In this document: positions 48,271 to 58,800 of the stretch, one piece after another
Position numbering within the stretch: position 1 is the stretch's first letter
Layout: each line of letters begins with the position of its first letter
Assembly (NCBI GenBank): GCA_965248695.1
Contig: CBDFKD010000002.1
Coordinates: forward strand, 320,001 to 384,000
Reading direction: 5' to 3'
DNA from: Acidobacteriota bacterium
Lineage (GTDB): Bacteria; Acidobacteriota; UBA890; WLXD01
DNA: 64,000 bases
The notes under the pieces: generated by a model
The model's database searches: none
What the model saw: the letters and a program-made list of their open reading frames with translations, nothing else
Told to the model about the DNA's origin: nothing
Position numbers and translations under genes: made by a program

Positions 48271-49811
48271 CGGATGACCCGAAACCAGCCCCGCAGCAGC
48301 CGCTTGGTCAGCGGGGTGAGCCCGGTGCGGCGAAACGCGTCGCCGACCTTGCGGATTACCTCGGCCTGCGTGGGGTAAGGGTGGATTGTCCCCGAGATCT
48401 GCGACAGGCTCACACCTGCCGTGATCGCCAGGGCCAGCTCACCGATCATGTCGCCGGCGTGCTCTGCGACCATCGTGGCGCCGAGGATGCGACCCTTCTC
48501 GTGGTGAACCCGTAGGAACCCCGAGTCTTCGGCATCGAGGACAGCGCGATCAACATCGGCGAGCGGAATCGTGATCGTCTTCACCTCGTGGCCCGCGGCG
48601 CGCGCATCGGCCTCGTACATCCCCACGTGAGCGATTTCGGGACTGGTGTAGGTACACCAGGGAACGACCAGCTTGCTGGCTCTGGCACGGCTGTAGAACA
48701 GCGCGTTCTGGATGACAATCCGCGCCTGGGCGTCGGCCGTGTGCGTGAACTGGTACCACGATGCCACGTCGCCGCAAGCATAGATGCGACGGTTGCTGGT
48801 GCGCAGGAAATCGTCGACCTCGATACCTCGCGCCCCGTAGCGCACCCCGGCAGCATCCAGGCCGAGGTCTTCGACGTTGGGCTTCCTGCCCACAGCGACC
48901 AGCAGGGCATCGACCTCGACCCGGAGCGCAACCCCGTCGTCGAGCTCGAAGCTCACCAGCGTGCCACTGTCGGTAGCCGCGACCTCCGTGATCCGTACTC
49001 CGACCCGCAGCTCGACGCCATCGCTGACCATGCTGGCTTCCACAACCGCCGCGGCGTCCGGATCCTCGCGCGGAAGCACGTGATCGGCCATGTCCAGCAG
49101 CGTGACCTGGCTGCCGAAGCGAGCCCACGACTGCGCCATCTCGCAGCCGATCGGGCCAGCTCCGATCACCGCCAGCCGCGCCGGCAGCTCGGTTAGGGAG
49201 AACACCGTCTCGTTGGTCAAGTAGTCGACCTGGTCGAGGCCCGGGATCGGCGGCGCCACAGCACGCCCTCCGGTGGCGATCACCGCTCGACGGAACCTCA
49301 GCTGGCGATCACCAACCTCGATGGTGTCCCGTCCGGTAAACCGCGCCTCACCGAGATAGACGTCAACACCGAGGTTGGCGAACCGTTCGACGCTGTCGTG
49401 CTCGCTGATTCCCGCGCGCAGCCGCCGCATTCGTTCCATCGCGGCGCCAAAGTCAGCATCGTCTCTGCAGCTCGGCCCGCCGAACTCGGTGCTCGCTCGT
49501 CGCGCTGCATTCCAGGCGCGCGCCGCACTGATGACGCCCTTGGAGGGGACACAGCCGACATTGAGGCAATCACCACCCATCAGGTCCCGTTCGATCAGCG
49601 CGGCGCGGGCGCCAAGCCCGGCAGCACCTGCGGCAGAGACCAACCCGGCCGTTCCGCCGCCGATGGCGACGATGTGGTAGCGGCCGGCGGGTTCCGGGTT
49701 GACCCAGTCGGGCGGATGCACGTTGGCCACAAGCGCCTGGTTGTGAACGTCGGCGGGGCGCAGGCGCGGAGACGAGTCCGTGCCAACGCTTGCAGCGGTC
49801 GATTCAGGCAT
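48267..49811 (-). CDS. Pyridine nucleotide-disulfide oxidoreductase (mercuric reductase-like/LpdA family)
   Basis: GGGTAG, GGDCLNVGCVPSK, GAGPIGCE, HPYPT; lacks the MerA C-terminal Cys pair. Confidence 0.88.
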   Translation of the reverse strand: MPESTAASVGTDSSPRLRPADVHNQALVANVHPPDWVNPEPAGRYHIVAIGGGTAGLVSAAGAAGLGARAALIERDLMGGDCLNVGCVPSKGVISAARAWNAARRASTEFGGPSCRDDADFGAAMERMRRLRAGISEHDSVERFANLGVDVYLGEARFTGRDTIEVGDRQLRFRRAVIATGGRAVAPPIPGLDQVDYLTNETVFSLTELPARLAVIGAGPIGCEMAQSWARFGSQVTLLDMADHVLPREDPDAAAVVEASMVSDGVELRVGVRITEVAATDSGTLVSFELDDGVALRVEVDALLVAVGRKPNVEDLGLDAAGVRYGARGIEVDDFLRTSNRRIYACGDVASWYQFTHTADAQARIVIQNALFYSRARASKLVVPWCTYTSPEIAHVGMYEADARAAGHEVKTITIPLADVDRAVLDAEDSGFLRVHHEKGRILGATMVAEHAGDMIGELALAITAGVSLSQISGTIHPYPTQAEVIRKVGDAFRRTGLTPLTKRLLRGWFRVIR

Positions 49812-50547
49812 CGGTTATCCCGCTGAGCGCTTGCCGCGCCGTGCGAGTCACAACGGTCGTCACGACCACGGTGGCCACCAGCCCCAGACCGGCGATAACC
49901 CAGTAGGCAGCGCCGCGCTCCGTGGCGGCTCCGCCGGCAAGCGACGCCACGTCACCCACCACCTTGCCCGTGTACACGTACAGAAGGGTTCCGGGGAGCA
50001 TCCCGAGGCAGGCGAGAACGTAATCACGCGGCCGCACACGCGTCAGACCGAGCGCATAGTTCAGCATGTTGAAGGGAAACACCGGCGACAACCTCAGCAG
50101 GGTGACGATCTTCAACCCCTGGCGACCGACCGCACGATCGATGGCGGCGAACCGGGCGTTGCCCCCGAGTCTTTGTTCGATCGGCTTGCGTGCAACTGTG
50201 CGCGCCAGGAAGAACGCCGCCGTGGCACCAAGCGAGGCGCCGATGAACACGACCAGCAGTCCCTGTGGGATCCCGAAGATGGCGCCGGCGGCCAACGTTA
50301 GAAGCGAGCCGGGAACGAACGCCACGGTGGCGATCGCGTAGCCGAGCATGAAGGCGACCGGGCCCCAGACTCCGAGCCCGTCGACCCATTCGGCAAAGCG
50401 CGGCACCGAACCAGCGAGCTCGCGACCGAACGTCACCAGCAGCCCGATGCCTACGATGCCGAGAGTGAACCGCAACCAGGCCACTCGCGACCGGACGCCG
50501 TGAGCACCCTCCGACGCTTGACTGGGCTGTGGCTCGGAATGCGGCAT
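49804..50547 (-). CDS. TVP38/TMEM64 (DedA-superfamily) membrane protein
   Basis: PGSLLTLAAGAIFG, LLRLSPVFPFNMLNYALG, GMLPGT; CAGGAG RBS; overlaps the oxidoreductase start. Confidence 0.9.
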   Translation of the reverse strand: MPHSEPQPSQASEGAHGVRSRVAWLRFTLGIVGIGLLVTFGRELAGSVPRFAEWVDGLGVWGPVAFMLGYAIATVAFVPGSLLTLAAGAIFGIPQGLLVVFIGASLGATAAFFLARTVARKPIEQRLGGNARFAAIDRAVGRQGLKIVTLLRLSPVFPFNMLNYALGLTRVRPRDYVLACLGMLPGTLLYVYTGKVVGDVASLAGGAATERGAAYWVIAGLGLVATVVVTTVVTRTARQALSGITDA

Positions 50548-50719
50548 GATCTGCTCCTGCATGGATGTCCTCGCGTACGGTAGTCGCCGGCCGACGGCGG
50601 CGGAAGGGCGTCCGGGACGATCGCCTTGTCTGGGCTCGTCCTGGTGACTTTGCTGCACCGTAGCACCGAGTTTCTTCCGAAAACCGGCTTGCTGGACGCG
50701 CCATCCTGGCTGGCCCACA

Positions 50720-51370
50720 ATGCGCCTGATGACCATTGACGACTTCGTCTTCGACGGCGCCCCGGGAGTTGCAACGGTGGTACTCGCCCACGGGGCTGGT
50801 GCCGGCATGGACTCGGCATGGATGAACCAGTTCGCCGCCGGCCTTGCGGCACGCGGACTGCGGGTGGCCCGATTCGAGTTTCCCTATATGCAACGCCGAC
50901 GCGAAACCGGAAAGCGCGGCGGGCCAGACCGACCAGCCAAGCTTCTCGCTGCGTGGCGGGAGGCGATCGACGCTCTCGGTGGCGGCGGTGAGTTGGTCAT
51001 CGGCGGCAAGTCCATGGGCGGCCGCATCGCCAGCATGGTGGCCGACACCGCCGGGGCGCGCGGGCTGTTGTGCCTCGGCTACCCGTTCCACCCACCAGGC
51101 CAAGCCGACAAGCTTCGCACCGAGCACCTGGCCGAACTGCGCACCCCCACACTTGTGCTCCAGGGCACGCGCGACCCCTTCGGCACGCCGGCCGAGGTGT
51201 CGCACTACGGCCTGTCGGCGGCGGTCTCGGTGCACTGGCTGGAGGACGGCGACCACTCGTTCAAGCCGCGAGTGAAGTCGGGGCGCACGCTGCCGCAGAA
51301 TCTCGACGAGGCCCTCGACGCCGCGGCCGCGTTCGTGAACTCGCTAGGCAGTGCCGGAAGGTCCGTCTGA
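50720..51370 (+). CDS. Alpha/beta-fold hydrolase (KANL3/Tex30-like)
   Basis: LAHGAGA, RFEFPYM, GGKSMGGR, LGYPFHPPG, QGTRDPFG, DGDHSF. Confidence 0.88.
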   Translation: MRLMTIDDFVFDGAPGVATVVLAHGAGAGMDSAWMNQFAAGLAARGLRVARFEFPYMQRRRETGKRGGPDRPAKLLAAWREAIDALGGGGELVIGGKSMGGRIASMVADTAGARGLLCLGYPFHPPGQADKLRTEHLAELRTPTLVLQGTRDPFGTPAEVSHYGLSAAVSVHWLEDGDHSFKPRVKSGRTLPQNLDEALDAAAAFVNSLGSAGRSV

Positions 51371-51407
51371 TCCCGGTCGCTGACAGGCCTCCGCCGAGCC
51401 ACGCCAC

Positions 51408-53981
51408 TCAGTCGGCTTTCTCGAGCTCCGACAAGAGCTGTAACGCGCCGAGCAGATCTGGGACATCCCCCAGCACGGCGCGCATCGGCTCCTGCTTCAT
51501 GCGTCGGAGGCGGGCGGGCACCGTCTTGATCGTGAAGCGATGCATGTCGAGCTTGCCGTTCACTTCCCGCCAGCGCAGCGGCGTCGACACGGTCGCGCCG
51601 CGGAACGGCCGCACGCACAGCGGTGACACCAGCAGCCGGCCGGCGCCGTTCTGCACGGCGTCGATATAGACGCGGCCGCCCCGCGCATGCAGCGAACGGT
51701 TCACCGTAGCGACCTCCGGGTATCGCCTCGAAACGATGAGCGCCAGTAAGTCGGCAAGCATTCGCCCGTGCTCATAGGTGACCTGACGACCCAGCGGTAC
51801 GAGGACGTGCATTCCGGTCTTCCCCGAGGTCTTGGGATAGGCGTTCAGACCGATCTGCCGGCAAAGCTCGTGGATACCGCGAGCCACCTGTACCACGCTG
51901 CCGAACGAGGCCTCTTTGGGGTCGAGATCGAGAATCGCCCAGTCGGGCTTGTCGATGGTCGAGGTCCGACTGGACCATATGTGCAGGGGGATCGCCGCGG
52001 AGTTGGCCATGTAGACGAGACCTTCGAGGCTGTCGACCACGAAGTAGTCGATGTCGCGCTCGCCGGACCCGGAGTGGATCGTCACCGTGCGCACCCAGTC
52101 GGGAGTGAAGTGGGGCGCGTGCTTCTGGAAGAACGACTTGCCAGCGACGCCGTCGGGAAACCGATCGAGCACCAGCGGTCTGTCTTCCAGATAGGGCAAG
52201 AGCCAGTCCGCCACCGCGCGGTAGTAGTCGATCAGATCGCCCTTCGTATAGCCCTCGTCGGGCCAGAACACTTTCTCCGGGCGGGTGATCACAGTCTTGT
52301 CGGCGGTCGACGTCGCGGGCGCGTCCGGCGGACGATCGTCGTCACGGCCGCAGAAGAACTCGGCGTGCGCCAGCGACGTCTGGTCGGTGTCGCAATCCGC
52401 CGGACGCTTGTCGCCGTGGAGGCGCACGAAAACCGGGTGGCGCAGCAGGCCGTCGGGGGTGACCTCCTTGAACCGCACCTCGCAGACGAGCTCAGGCTGC
52501 ACCCACACGGTGTCCTCGGGCTTCGGGATGTTGGCGTGGCGCTGGGTCCCTGACTCCGGTAGCTGAACCGGAGGCGGCGCGGAATCGATACGCAACTCGA
52601 GGAGCTGTCGATGGAGGTCCTTGACCTCGCGCTCGCGCAGGCCGCTACCGACGCGGCCCAGATACACGAGCTCGCCCTGGTGATGTACCGCCACCAGCAA
52701 CGCGCCGAGCGATGTGCGCGACCCCTTGCCGTGAGCGAACCCGACGATCACCAGATCGGCATTGCGATCGGCGCGGATCTTCAACCAGTGATCGGAGCGG
52801 CCGGCACGGTACTTGGCATCGCCGCGTTTCGCCATCAGCCCCTCGAGACCCATTCTTCGTACCTGCTCGAAAAGCTCGGTGCCCTGGCGCTCGATGTGCT
52901 CGGCGTAGCGCACCGGTCCCCGTGGCGGCACCACGCGGCTCAGGATCCCCTTGCGCTCGGACAACGGCAGGCCGCGCAGGTCGTAGCCGTCTAGCTCGAG
53001 GAGATCGAAGACGAAGTACGTCGCCGGGTGTTGCAACATCGCCGTCCGTATCTCTGGTGCACGCGACAGGCGCGCCCGTTTGGTCAACCGGCTGAAGCTC
53101 GGACGACCGTCCTCGGCGAGCACCACCACCTCACCATCGAGCACCAGCGATCGATAGGGTAGCGAGGCAAGGGCGGGCACCAGGTCGGGGTAAATCTCGG
53201 TGGCGTCGCCCCCGTTCCGGTAGCGAAGCAGGGCCTGTCCATCGTCCAGCCCGACAACCATTCGATAGCCGTCGTACTTGAGCTCGAACAGCCATCCGTC
53301 GCGCGAGAACGGTGCGTCCGCAGTTCGCGCAAGCATGAGATCCAGGCTCGAAGCGTTGACCCGATTCCGCGGCACGGCGGCGCCGTCGAGCTCCTGACGA
53401 AGCCCTTCGCCGGGATCGTCACCCTCGCCGAGCTGTTCTACGGTGAGCCCCGAGTACACCGACTCCTCGGGTAACTCGGCGTCGGCACCGCTGCGGGCGA
53501 ACCCGTCCGCCTTCTTGATCAGCAACCATTCCTTGGGATCCCGTTTGGTGCGTACAAGCGTCCAACGGCCCCGGAGTTTGTGGCCATACAGGTCGAACAG
53601 CAGCTTGTTCTCACCGGTCTGGTCGTCCTCGCGCTGCACCCAGCGGCCTCGATCCCAGACGATCATCGCGCCGGCACCGTAGTTGCCCTCCGGGATCACG
53701 TCCTCGAAATCGAGGTACTCCACCGGATGGTCCTCGGTTTGCACCGCCAGCCGCTTGTCGGCGGTATCGAGCGACGGACCGTTCGGCACCGCCCAGCTGC
53801 GCAAGACCCCGCCCACTTCGAGGCGCAAATCGTAGTGGCGGCGGCGCGCCGCATGCAGGTGGATCACGAACTCCCCGGGCCGGTTCTCGCCGCTCGTGAA
53901 CGGCTCCGGGGTGTCCTGCTGGCGCCGCTTGTCCCTGTATTCTGCTAGGCGCGAGTGTGCGTTCTTGTCGTTACCTGGCAT
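51408..53981 (-). CDS. ligD: NHEJ DNA ligase D (phosphoesterase-ligase-polymerase order)
   Basis: HAARRRHYDLRLE...SWAVP.GPS (PE); ELKYDGYR, EGLMAK (LIG); YTKGDLIDYY, RFPDG, DLDP, KTSGKTGMH (POL). Confidence 0.95.
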   Translation of the reverse strand: MPGNDKNAHSRLAEYRDKRRQQDTPEPFTSGENRPGEFVIHLHAARRRHYDLRLEVGGVLRSWAVPNGPSLDTADKRLAVQTEDHPVEYLDFEDVIPEGNYGAGAMIVWDRGRWVQREDDQTGENKLLFDLYGHKLRGRWTLVRTKRDPKEWLLIKKADGFARSGADAELPEESVYSGLTVEQLGEGDDPGEGLRQELDGAAVPRNRVNASSLDLMLARTADAPFSRDGWLFELKYDGYRMVVGLDDGQALLRYRNGGDATEIYPDLVPALASLPYRSLVLDGEVVVLAEDGRPSFSRLTKRARLSRAPEIRTAMLQHPATYFVFDLLELDGYDLRGLPLSERKGILSRVVPPRGPVRYAEHIERQGTELFEQVRRMGLEGLMAKRGDAKYRAGRSDHWLKIRADRNADLVIVGFAHGKGSRTSLGALLVAVHHQGELVYLGRVGSGLREREVKDLHRQLLELRIDSAPPPVQLPESGTQRHANIPKPEDTVWVQPELVCEVRFKEVTPDGLLRHPVFVRLHGDKRPADCDTDQTSLAHAEFFCGRDDDRPPDAPATSTADKTVITRPEKVFWPDEGYTKGDLIDYYRAVADWLLPYLEDRPLVLDRFPDGVAGKSFFQKHAPHFTPDWVRTVTIHSGSGERDIDYFVVDSLEGLVYMANSAAIPLHIWSSRTSTIDKPDWAILDLDPKEASFGSVVQVARGIHELCRQIGLNAYPKTSGKTGMHVLVPLGRQVTYEHGRMLADLLALIVSRRYPEVATVNRSLHARGGRVYIDAVQNGAGRLLVSPLCVRPFRGATVSTPLRWREVNGKLDMHRFTIKTVPARLRRMKQEPMRAVLGDVPDLLGALQLLSELEKAD

Positions 53982-54007
53982 CGCGTGTCGAATGCTATAG
54001 TACTCGT
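53982..54007. promoter_or_regulatory. 26-bp divergent ligD/ku intergenic region with overlapping -10 elements
   Basis: On +, TG-C-TATAGT (53993-54001) lies 6 nt before the ku ATG; on -, TACTAT/TAGCAT lie 10-15 nt before the ligD ATG; no Shine-Dalgarno on either side. Confidence 0.5.
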
Positions 54008-54892
54008 ATGGCTGCGCGCGCTATGGCTACAGCAACAATCTCGTTCGGCCTCGTGTCGATTCCGGTAAAGCTGTATTCAAGCACGGTGACCGCCGCCAAG
54101 ATCGGTCTCAACTGGATCAACCCGACGACCGGATCGCGGGTCCGCATGCGCTTCTGGGATCCGACCAGCGACCAACTGGTGGAGCGCGAAGATCTGGTGA
54201 AAGGCTACGAGTTCGCCAAGGGTCAATACGTCACCTTCAGCGACGAAGAGCTCGAAGAGATCATCTTCAAGGCGACGCACGCCATCGAGATCAAGGAGTT
54301 CGTTCCGCTCGAGCAGGTCGACCCGATCCACTACGAGAAGGCGTACTACCTAGGCTCGAACATCGGTGGCGAGCGACCGTACCACTTGCTGGCTCAGGTC
54401 ATGCGGGAGAAGAGCCGTGCCGCCGTGGCCATGTACGCGGCGCGGGGCAAGAACTATCTGGTGCTGTTGCGGCCGTTCAAGGACGGTCTGGTCATGCAGC
54501 AGCTGCGCTACGCAACCGAGATCCGCGCCTACGAAGACATCGAGATCGGTGAGGCCGAGATCGACGACGGCGAGCTGCAGCTTGCCAAGCAGATCGTCGA
54601 TCAAATCTCCAACGACGATTTCCAGCCGGAGCAATACCGCAACACGGCGACCGAGCGACTCGAGAAGATCATTGCGGAGAAGGTCGAAGGCAAGGAGATC
54701 ATGGCGGCTCCAGAGGAGGAACCGGAGGGCCAGATCATCGACCTGATGGAAGCGCTCAAGAGCAGCCTGGCCACCTCCGCCGCCGAAAAGGGGGCCCCGA
54801 CAACCGGTCGCAAAGCAGCCAGGCGGAAAGCCTCGCCACGTAAGAAAGCCACCAAGGCGAAAGCCGCAACGAAGCGGGCAAGAAAGAAATAG
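54008..54892 (+). CDS. ku: NHEJ DNA end-binding protein Ku
   Basis: ISFGLVSIPVKLY, LVKGYEF, EIKEFV, IIDLMEALKSS, basic Lys/Ala-rich tail. Confidence 0.95.
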   Translation: MAARAMATATISFGLVSIPVKLYSSTVTAAKIGLNWINPTTGSRVRMRFWDPTSDQLVEREDLVKGYEFAKGQYVTFSDEELEEIIFKATHAIEIKEFVPLEQVDPIHYEKAYYLGSNIGGERPYHLLAQVMREKSRAAVAMYAARGKNYLVLLRPFKDGLVMQQLRYATEIRAYEDIEIGEAEIDDGELQLAKQIVDQISNDDFQPEQYRNTATERLEKIIAEKVEGKEIMAAPEEEPEGQIIDLMEALKSSLATSAAEKGAPTTGRKAARRKASPRKKATKAKAATKRARKK

Positions 54893-55773
54893 CCACCTGC
54901 GAGCCGATAACCCAAAGCGGCTACGGCACCACTGATGTAGCCCGCGTGCTCGACCTCGCGCCGCGCCGGGTGCGAGCGCTGGCGCGTGCCGGTCTGGTGA
55001 ATCCGCGGCGTGGAGTGCGGCACGAGTACCGGTTTTCTTTTACCGACCTCGTGGTTATCCGCACAGCCCGCGATCTGCTGGCCGCCGGGGTGCCCTTCGC
55101 TCGCGTCCGCCGTTCGCTCGCCAACCTCAAGGACCAGCTGCCGGAAGGGCGCTCGCTCACCGGCGTCCGCGTACAGGCTGACGGCAGGCGCGTGACCGTG
55201 CGGCACGACGGCGAGCTCTGGGATCCCGAGTCCAACCAGTCGCTGCTCGACTTCGATGTCGCCGAGCTCGCCCGGCAGGTCGCGCCCCTGGCGCGCGACG
55301 CGGCTGCCCGAGCCGATGGCAGCGAGCCGGCTTTGCTGTCGCGTGACTGGTTCGAGATCGGTTGCGACCTCGAGATGACCTGCCCCGACGAGGCTCGCGA
55401 CGCCTACCGGCAGGCGCTCGAGGCCAACCCCGAGTCGGCCAACGCCCACGTCAATCTGGGTCGCCTGCTGCACGAGTCAGGCGATGTAAGAGCTGCCGAG
55501 CAGCACTATCGCGAGGCCCTGGCGGTGCGTCGCACCGACCTGACGGCATTGTTCAACCTCGGCGTCGCGCTCGAGGATCTGGGGCGGCTCAAGGAGGCGC
55601 GCGCCGCATACCGAGAGACGCTACTGGCTGATCCCGACCACGCGGACGCGCACTTCAACCTCGCCGGTGTTCTCGAGCGCATGGGCCGCAAGCCCGATGC
55701 GCTCAAGCATCTGAAAGCGTACCGGCAGCTAATCGCCCAACGTGGTTGGAACAGCGACGATCTCAGCGTCTGA
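54889..55773 (+). CDS. MerR-type HTH plus tetratricopeptide-repeat protein; start uncertain (GTG 54946 or upstream ATA)
   Basis: GYGTTDVARVL...GLV.P...YRFSFTDLVVIR, central WDPESNQSLLDF, C-terminal TPRs (AHVNLGRLLHE, ALFNLGVALED, AHFNLA). Confidence 0.8.
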   Translation: MATCEPITQSGYGTTDVARVLDLAPRRVRALARAGLVNPRRGVRHEYRFSFTDLVVIRTARDLLAAGVPFARVRRSLANLKDQLPEGRSLTGVRVQADGRRVTVRHDGELWDPESNQSLLDFDVAELARQVAPLARDAAARADGSEPALLSRDWFEIGCDLEMTCPDEARDAYRQALEANPESANAHVNLGRLLHESGDVRAAEQHYREALAVRRTDLTALFNLGVALEDLGRLKEARAAYRETLLADPDHADAHFNLAGVLERMGRKPDALKHLKAYRQLIAQRGWNSDDLSV

Positions 55774-55812
55774 TCAGCGAGGCGTCCGCGCCGCGCCGTG
55801 CGGCGATCACCG

Positions 55813-58800
55813 CTAGCGCGAGCCCTCTTCGGCCAGGGCACGGAAGTACTCCTCGACCAGACTGCGATACTCCTCCGGTACGCGATCCGAGCCGGCGAGC
55901 TGCGGCCGCACACCAGCCTCGGCCTGGGTGACGCGCCGGAGCCAGAACTCGAACAGCTTCAGGCCGTCGATGACGTCGCTGCTGAGCTCATCGAGCCCCC
56001 GCGTCGTGCCCTGGAACTCTTCCTCGAAGTCACGCATCGCACGTACGACCGCGTCGAGATCTGTCGTTTGCATACCTTCGCCCGCGAGTCGATCCCGCAA
56101 CTCCTCGGCGTCGCCGACTCGCTCGCGAAACTCGCGCGCGAACTGTCGAGCCCCAGGCGGCCCCGAATTCGACCCACCGAGCGCGCCTCCGCGGCGGGCT
56201 CCTTCGCGCGCGGCGATCCCTTCCTGTCGACCTGCGTCACCGGGCTCGCCCTGCTGGCCCGCCTGGCTTTGCCCGCTCTGCTGACCCTGCTCGACCTGCT
56301 GACCCGCCTGACCCTGCTGGTCTTCTTCCACTGAGTCGCGCACTCGGTCCTCGAACGACTCCAGTCGCCGGATCAGATCGCGTGTATCGTCGACCGCGTC
56401 GGCAAGCCGCTCACCGGGGGACTGCTCGACGCTACCTGCCGCCGTGTCGATGAGCCCTTCGAGGCTCGCGAGGTCATCGCTGATCTCCTGCTCGAAGCCG
56501 AGGGCGTATCGCGGATCCCGCTCCTGCACGACGCCTTTCGAGTAGCGGACCTTGTCGGCCAGCTTCTCATCGCGTACCCATTCGGCAGCCTCCTGGAGCG
56601 CGCGCGAAGCGGCCATCTGTTCGCTACGCGACTCCCTGGCCATGTCGTCGAGGTTGCGCTCCAGGCCACGGATCTCGTCCGTCAGGCGATCCTTGCGCTC
56701 CAACAGGTCGTCGACACGCTCCTGCGTGCGCCCGCCCGCCCCACCGAGCGCATCGACTTGCCGCTCGATCGCAGCCTGGTTCTCGCGCATCTCGGCGATG
56801 CGCTGCTGCGCGTCGCGCAGGTCGCGGTTCAGGCGGCCCTCGCGGTTACGGTCGAGGAGGCGACGCGCGTTCTGCAAATCGTTCAGCGCCCGGGCACTCT
56901 CGGATGCGCTCGCGTCGCCGCCGCTCGCTGCCGATCGACGCATGGCGTCGGCGGCTTCGCGCAATCGGTTAGCAGCGTCGGTCAGGTCACGCTGCGAGTT
57001 ACGGCGACCCAACCTTTCGAGCTCGCGCGCGAGCTCCTCGGCCTGCTCGGCGATTTCGCGTTGCTGGGCGCTGCCGCCACCGCCCTGGTTGTTGCTCCGG
57101 GCCCCCTGCGCCCGCTGACGCTCGATCTCCTGCTGCTGGCGCCGGGCGAGCTCGGTAAGCCGCTGCATCGCTTCATCGACCGTGGTGTCGACCTCGTTCT
57201 GGCGTTCGCGGCGTACTGACTCGTACTGGTTGTCGAGCTCGTCCAGCTGACCTTCGAACATCTCCTCGAGCTCGGCCATATCTCCGGCTGAGCCGCCGCC
57301 ACCGCCACCCTGGTTCTGCGAGATCTGCATGTCGAGGAACAACGCCTCGAAGCGCTGGAGATACTGCAGCGCCCGCTGTTCCGGTTGCAGCGCGCCATCG
57401 GCGTCGTGATCCACAAGCTCGCCGGAGGCTTCACCAAGGGCTTTCGAAGCTTCGGCAAGATAGTCGATGCCACGCAGCGATTCCTCGTCGCTCCCGAGCC
57501 CCCCGAACTGCCCCTGCGCCTGCTGTACCTGCGCTCGAAGATCGTCCTCGACGCCAGCAAGGAACTCCAGGTCGTTCCCCTTCTCCTCATCGCTGAGGCT
57601 GTCCGCATCGCGCGCGATCTTGAACGTCGCCGACACCACCTCGCGCTGACGCCGGGCCAGTCCGAGTCCGCCTCCCTGACCGCCGCCTCCGCCGCCTCCT
57701 CCACCGGCGTCGGCCTGCCGGTAACGGCGATCGAACGGCTGAACCTCCATGAAGTACAGGTCCGTGCTCGTCGACTGGGCCTCGCCGGTAACCCGATTGT
57801 CCTCGGCGCGGGCGAAATAGACGATGAAATCTCCGGGCTCGAGCTCCTCGTCCTCCAAATAGAAGGTGTGCGCCGCGGTCAGATCGCGCCGATCACCGGA
57901 GGAGCCTCGCATCAACGGCACGGTCTGCCTTTCGTCACCGTTGATGGAGTAGATCAGATCGACACGTGCCAGCCCGTAGTCGTCCTCCGCCGTTACCTCC
58001 GTGAAGACCTCCTCGATCGACGTCACGCGCACGTCTCGGGCAGGTGTGTCGAAGGCGACCGTGGGCGGCTGATCGTCGAGCGCTTCGATCAGATACTCCG
58101 ACGATGCCTCGTGCACCACACCGCCGAAGTCGCTCAGCTCGACGCGGTAGTAACCCGACCGTTGCACCACGAGCTCGGCGCGCAGTCCGGATTCGCCGGC
58201 CCCCGACGAGGCCACTGCGGGCGGCCCTGTCTCGAGCGGCACGGTCTCGACCAGGACCTCGCCGCCATCGCCGTCGGCGAGCCACTCGATTTTCAGGCTA
58301 CCGGCGGGAACGTCGACCGTAGGCGTGATGCGGAGTCGCGCCCGGGTACCGACGAGCGCAGCGATATCGCCGCCGTCCTCGATGGTTTGAGGTGACAGGC
58401 CACTGTAGTCCGGGAATACGAGCTCGACATCGATGCGCTCCACGTAGGGGACATCGACGACCTCCAGCCGATACACCGCCGACCGCACGCCGCTGGCCTC
58501 GACGAAGTACTCGGCGTCGCCGGCCAGGCGGAACATCATGAACTGATGGGCACCGGTGCTGGCATCTGCCGTCATCGACTGTCTGTCCCACTCGCCATCG
58601 CCGATCCGGAACGAGATCTCGACCTCGTCTGAGTCGAAACCGAACAGCAACGCCGCAACGAGCTGATTGCCACCGCGCGCCACCTGACGATCTCCGGGCG
58701 TTACCTCGATCGTGTACGGCGTCCCCGCTGCGGCTCGCGCAAACGGCGTCAGCAGTCGTCTCGCACCATCAAGCAGGAACGCGGGGTTCATCAACGCTAC

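Noticed and set aside
48267-49811. merA mercury resistance gene
   Set aside because: No C-terminal Cys-Cys, no NmerA domain and no merR/T/P; it pairs with a TVP38 protein instead.
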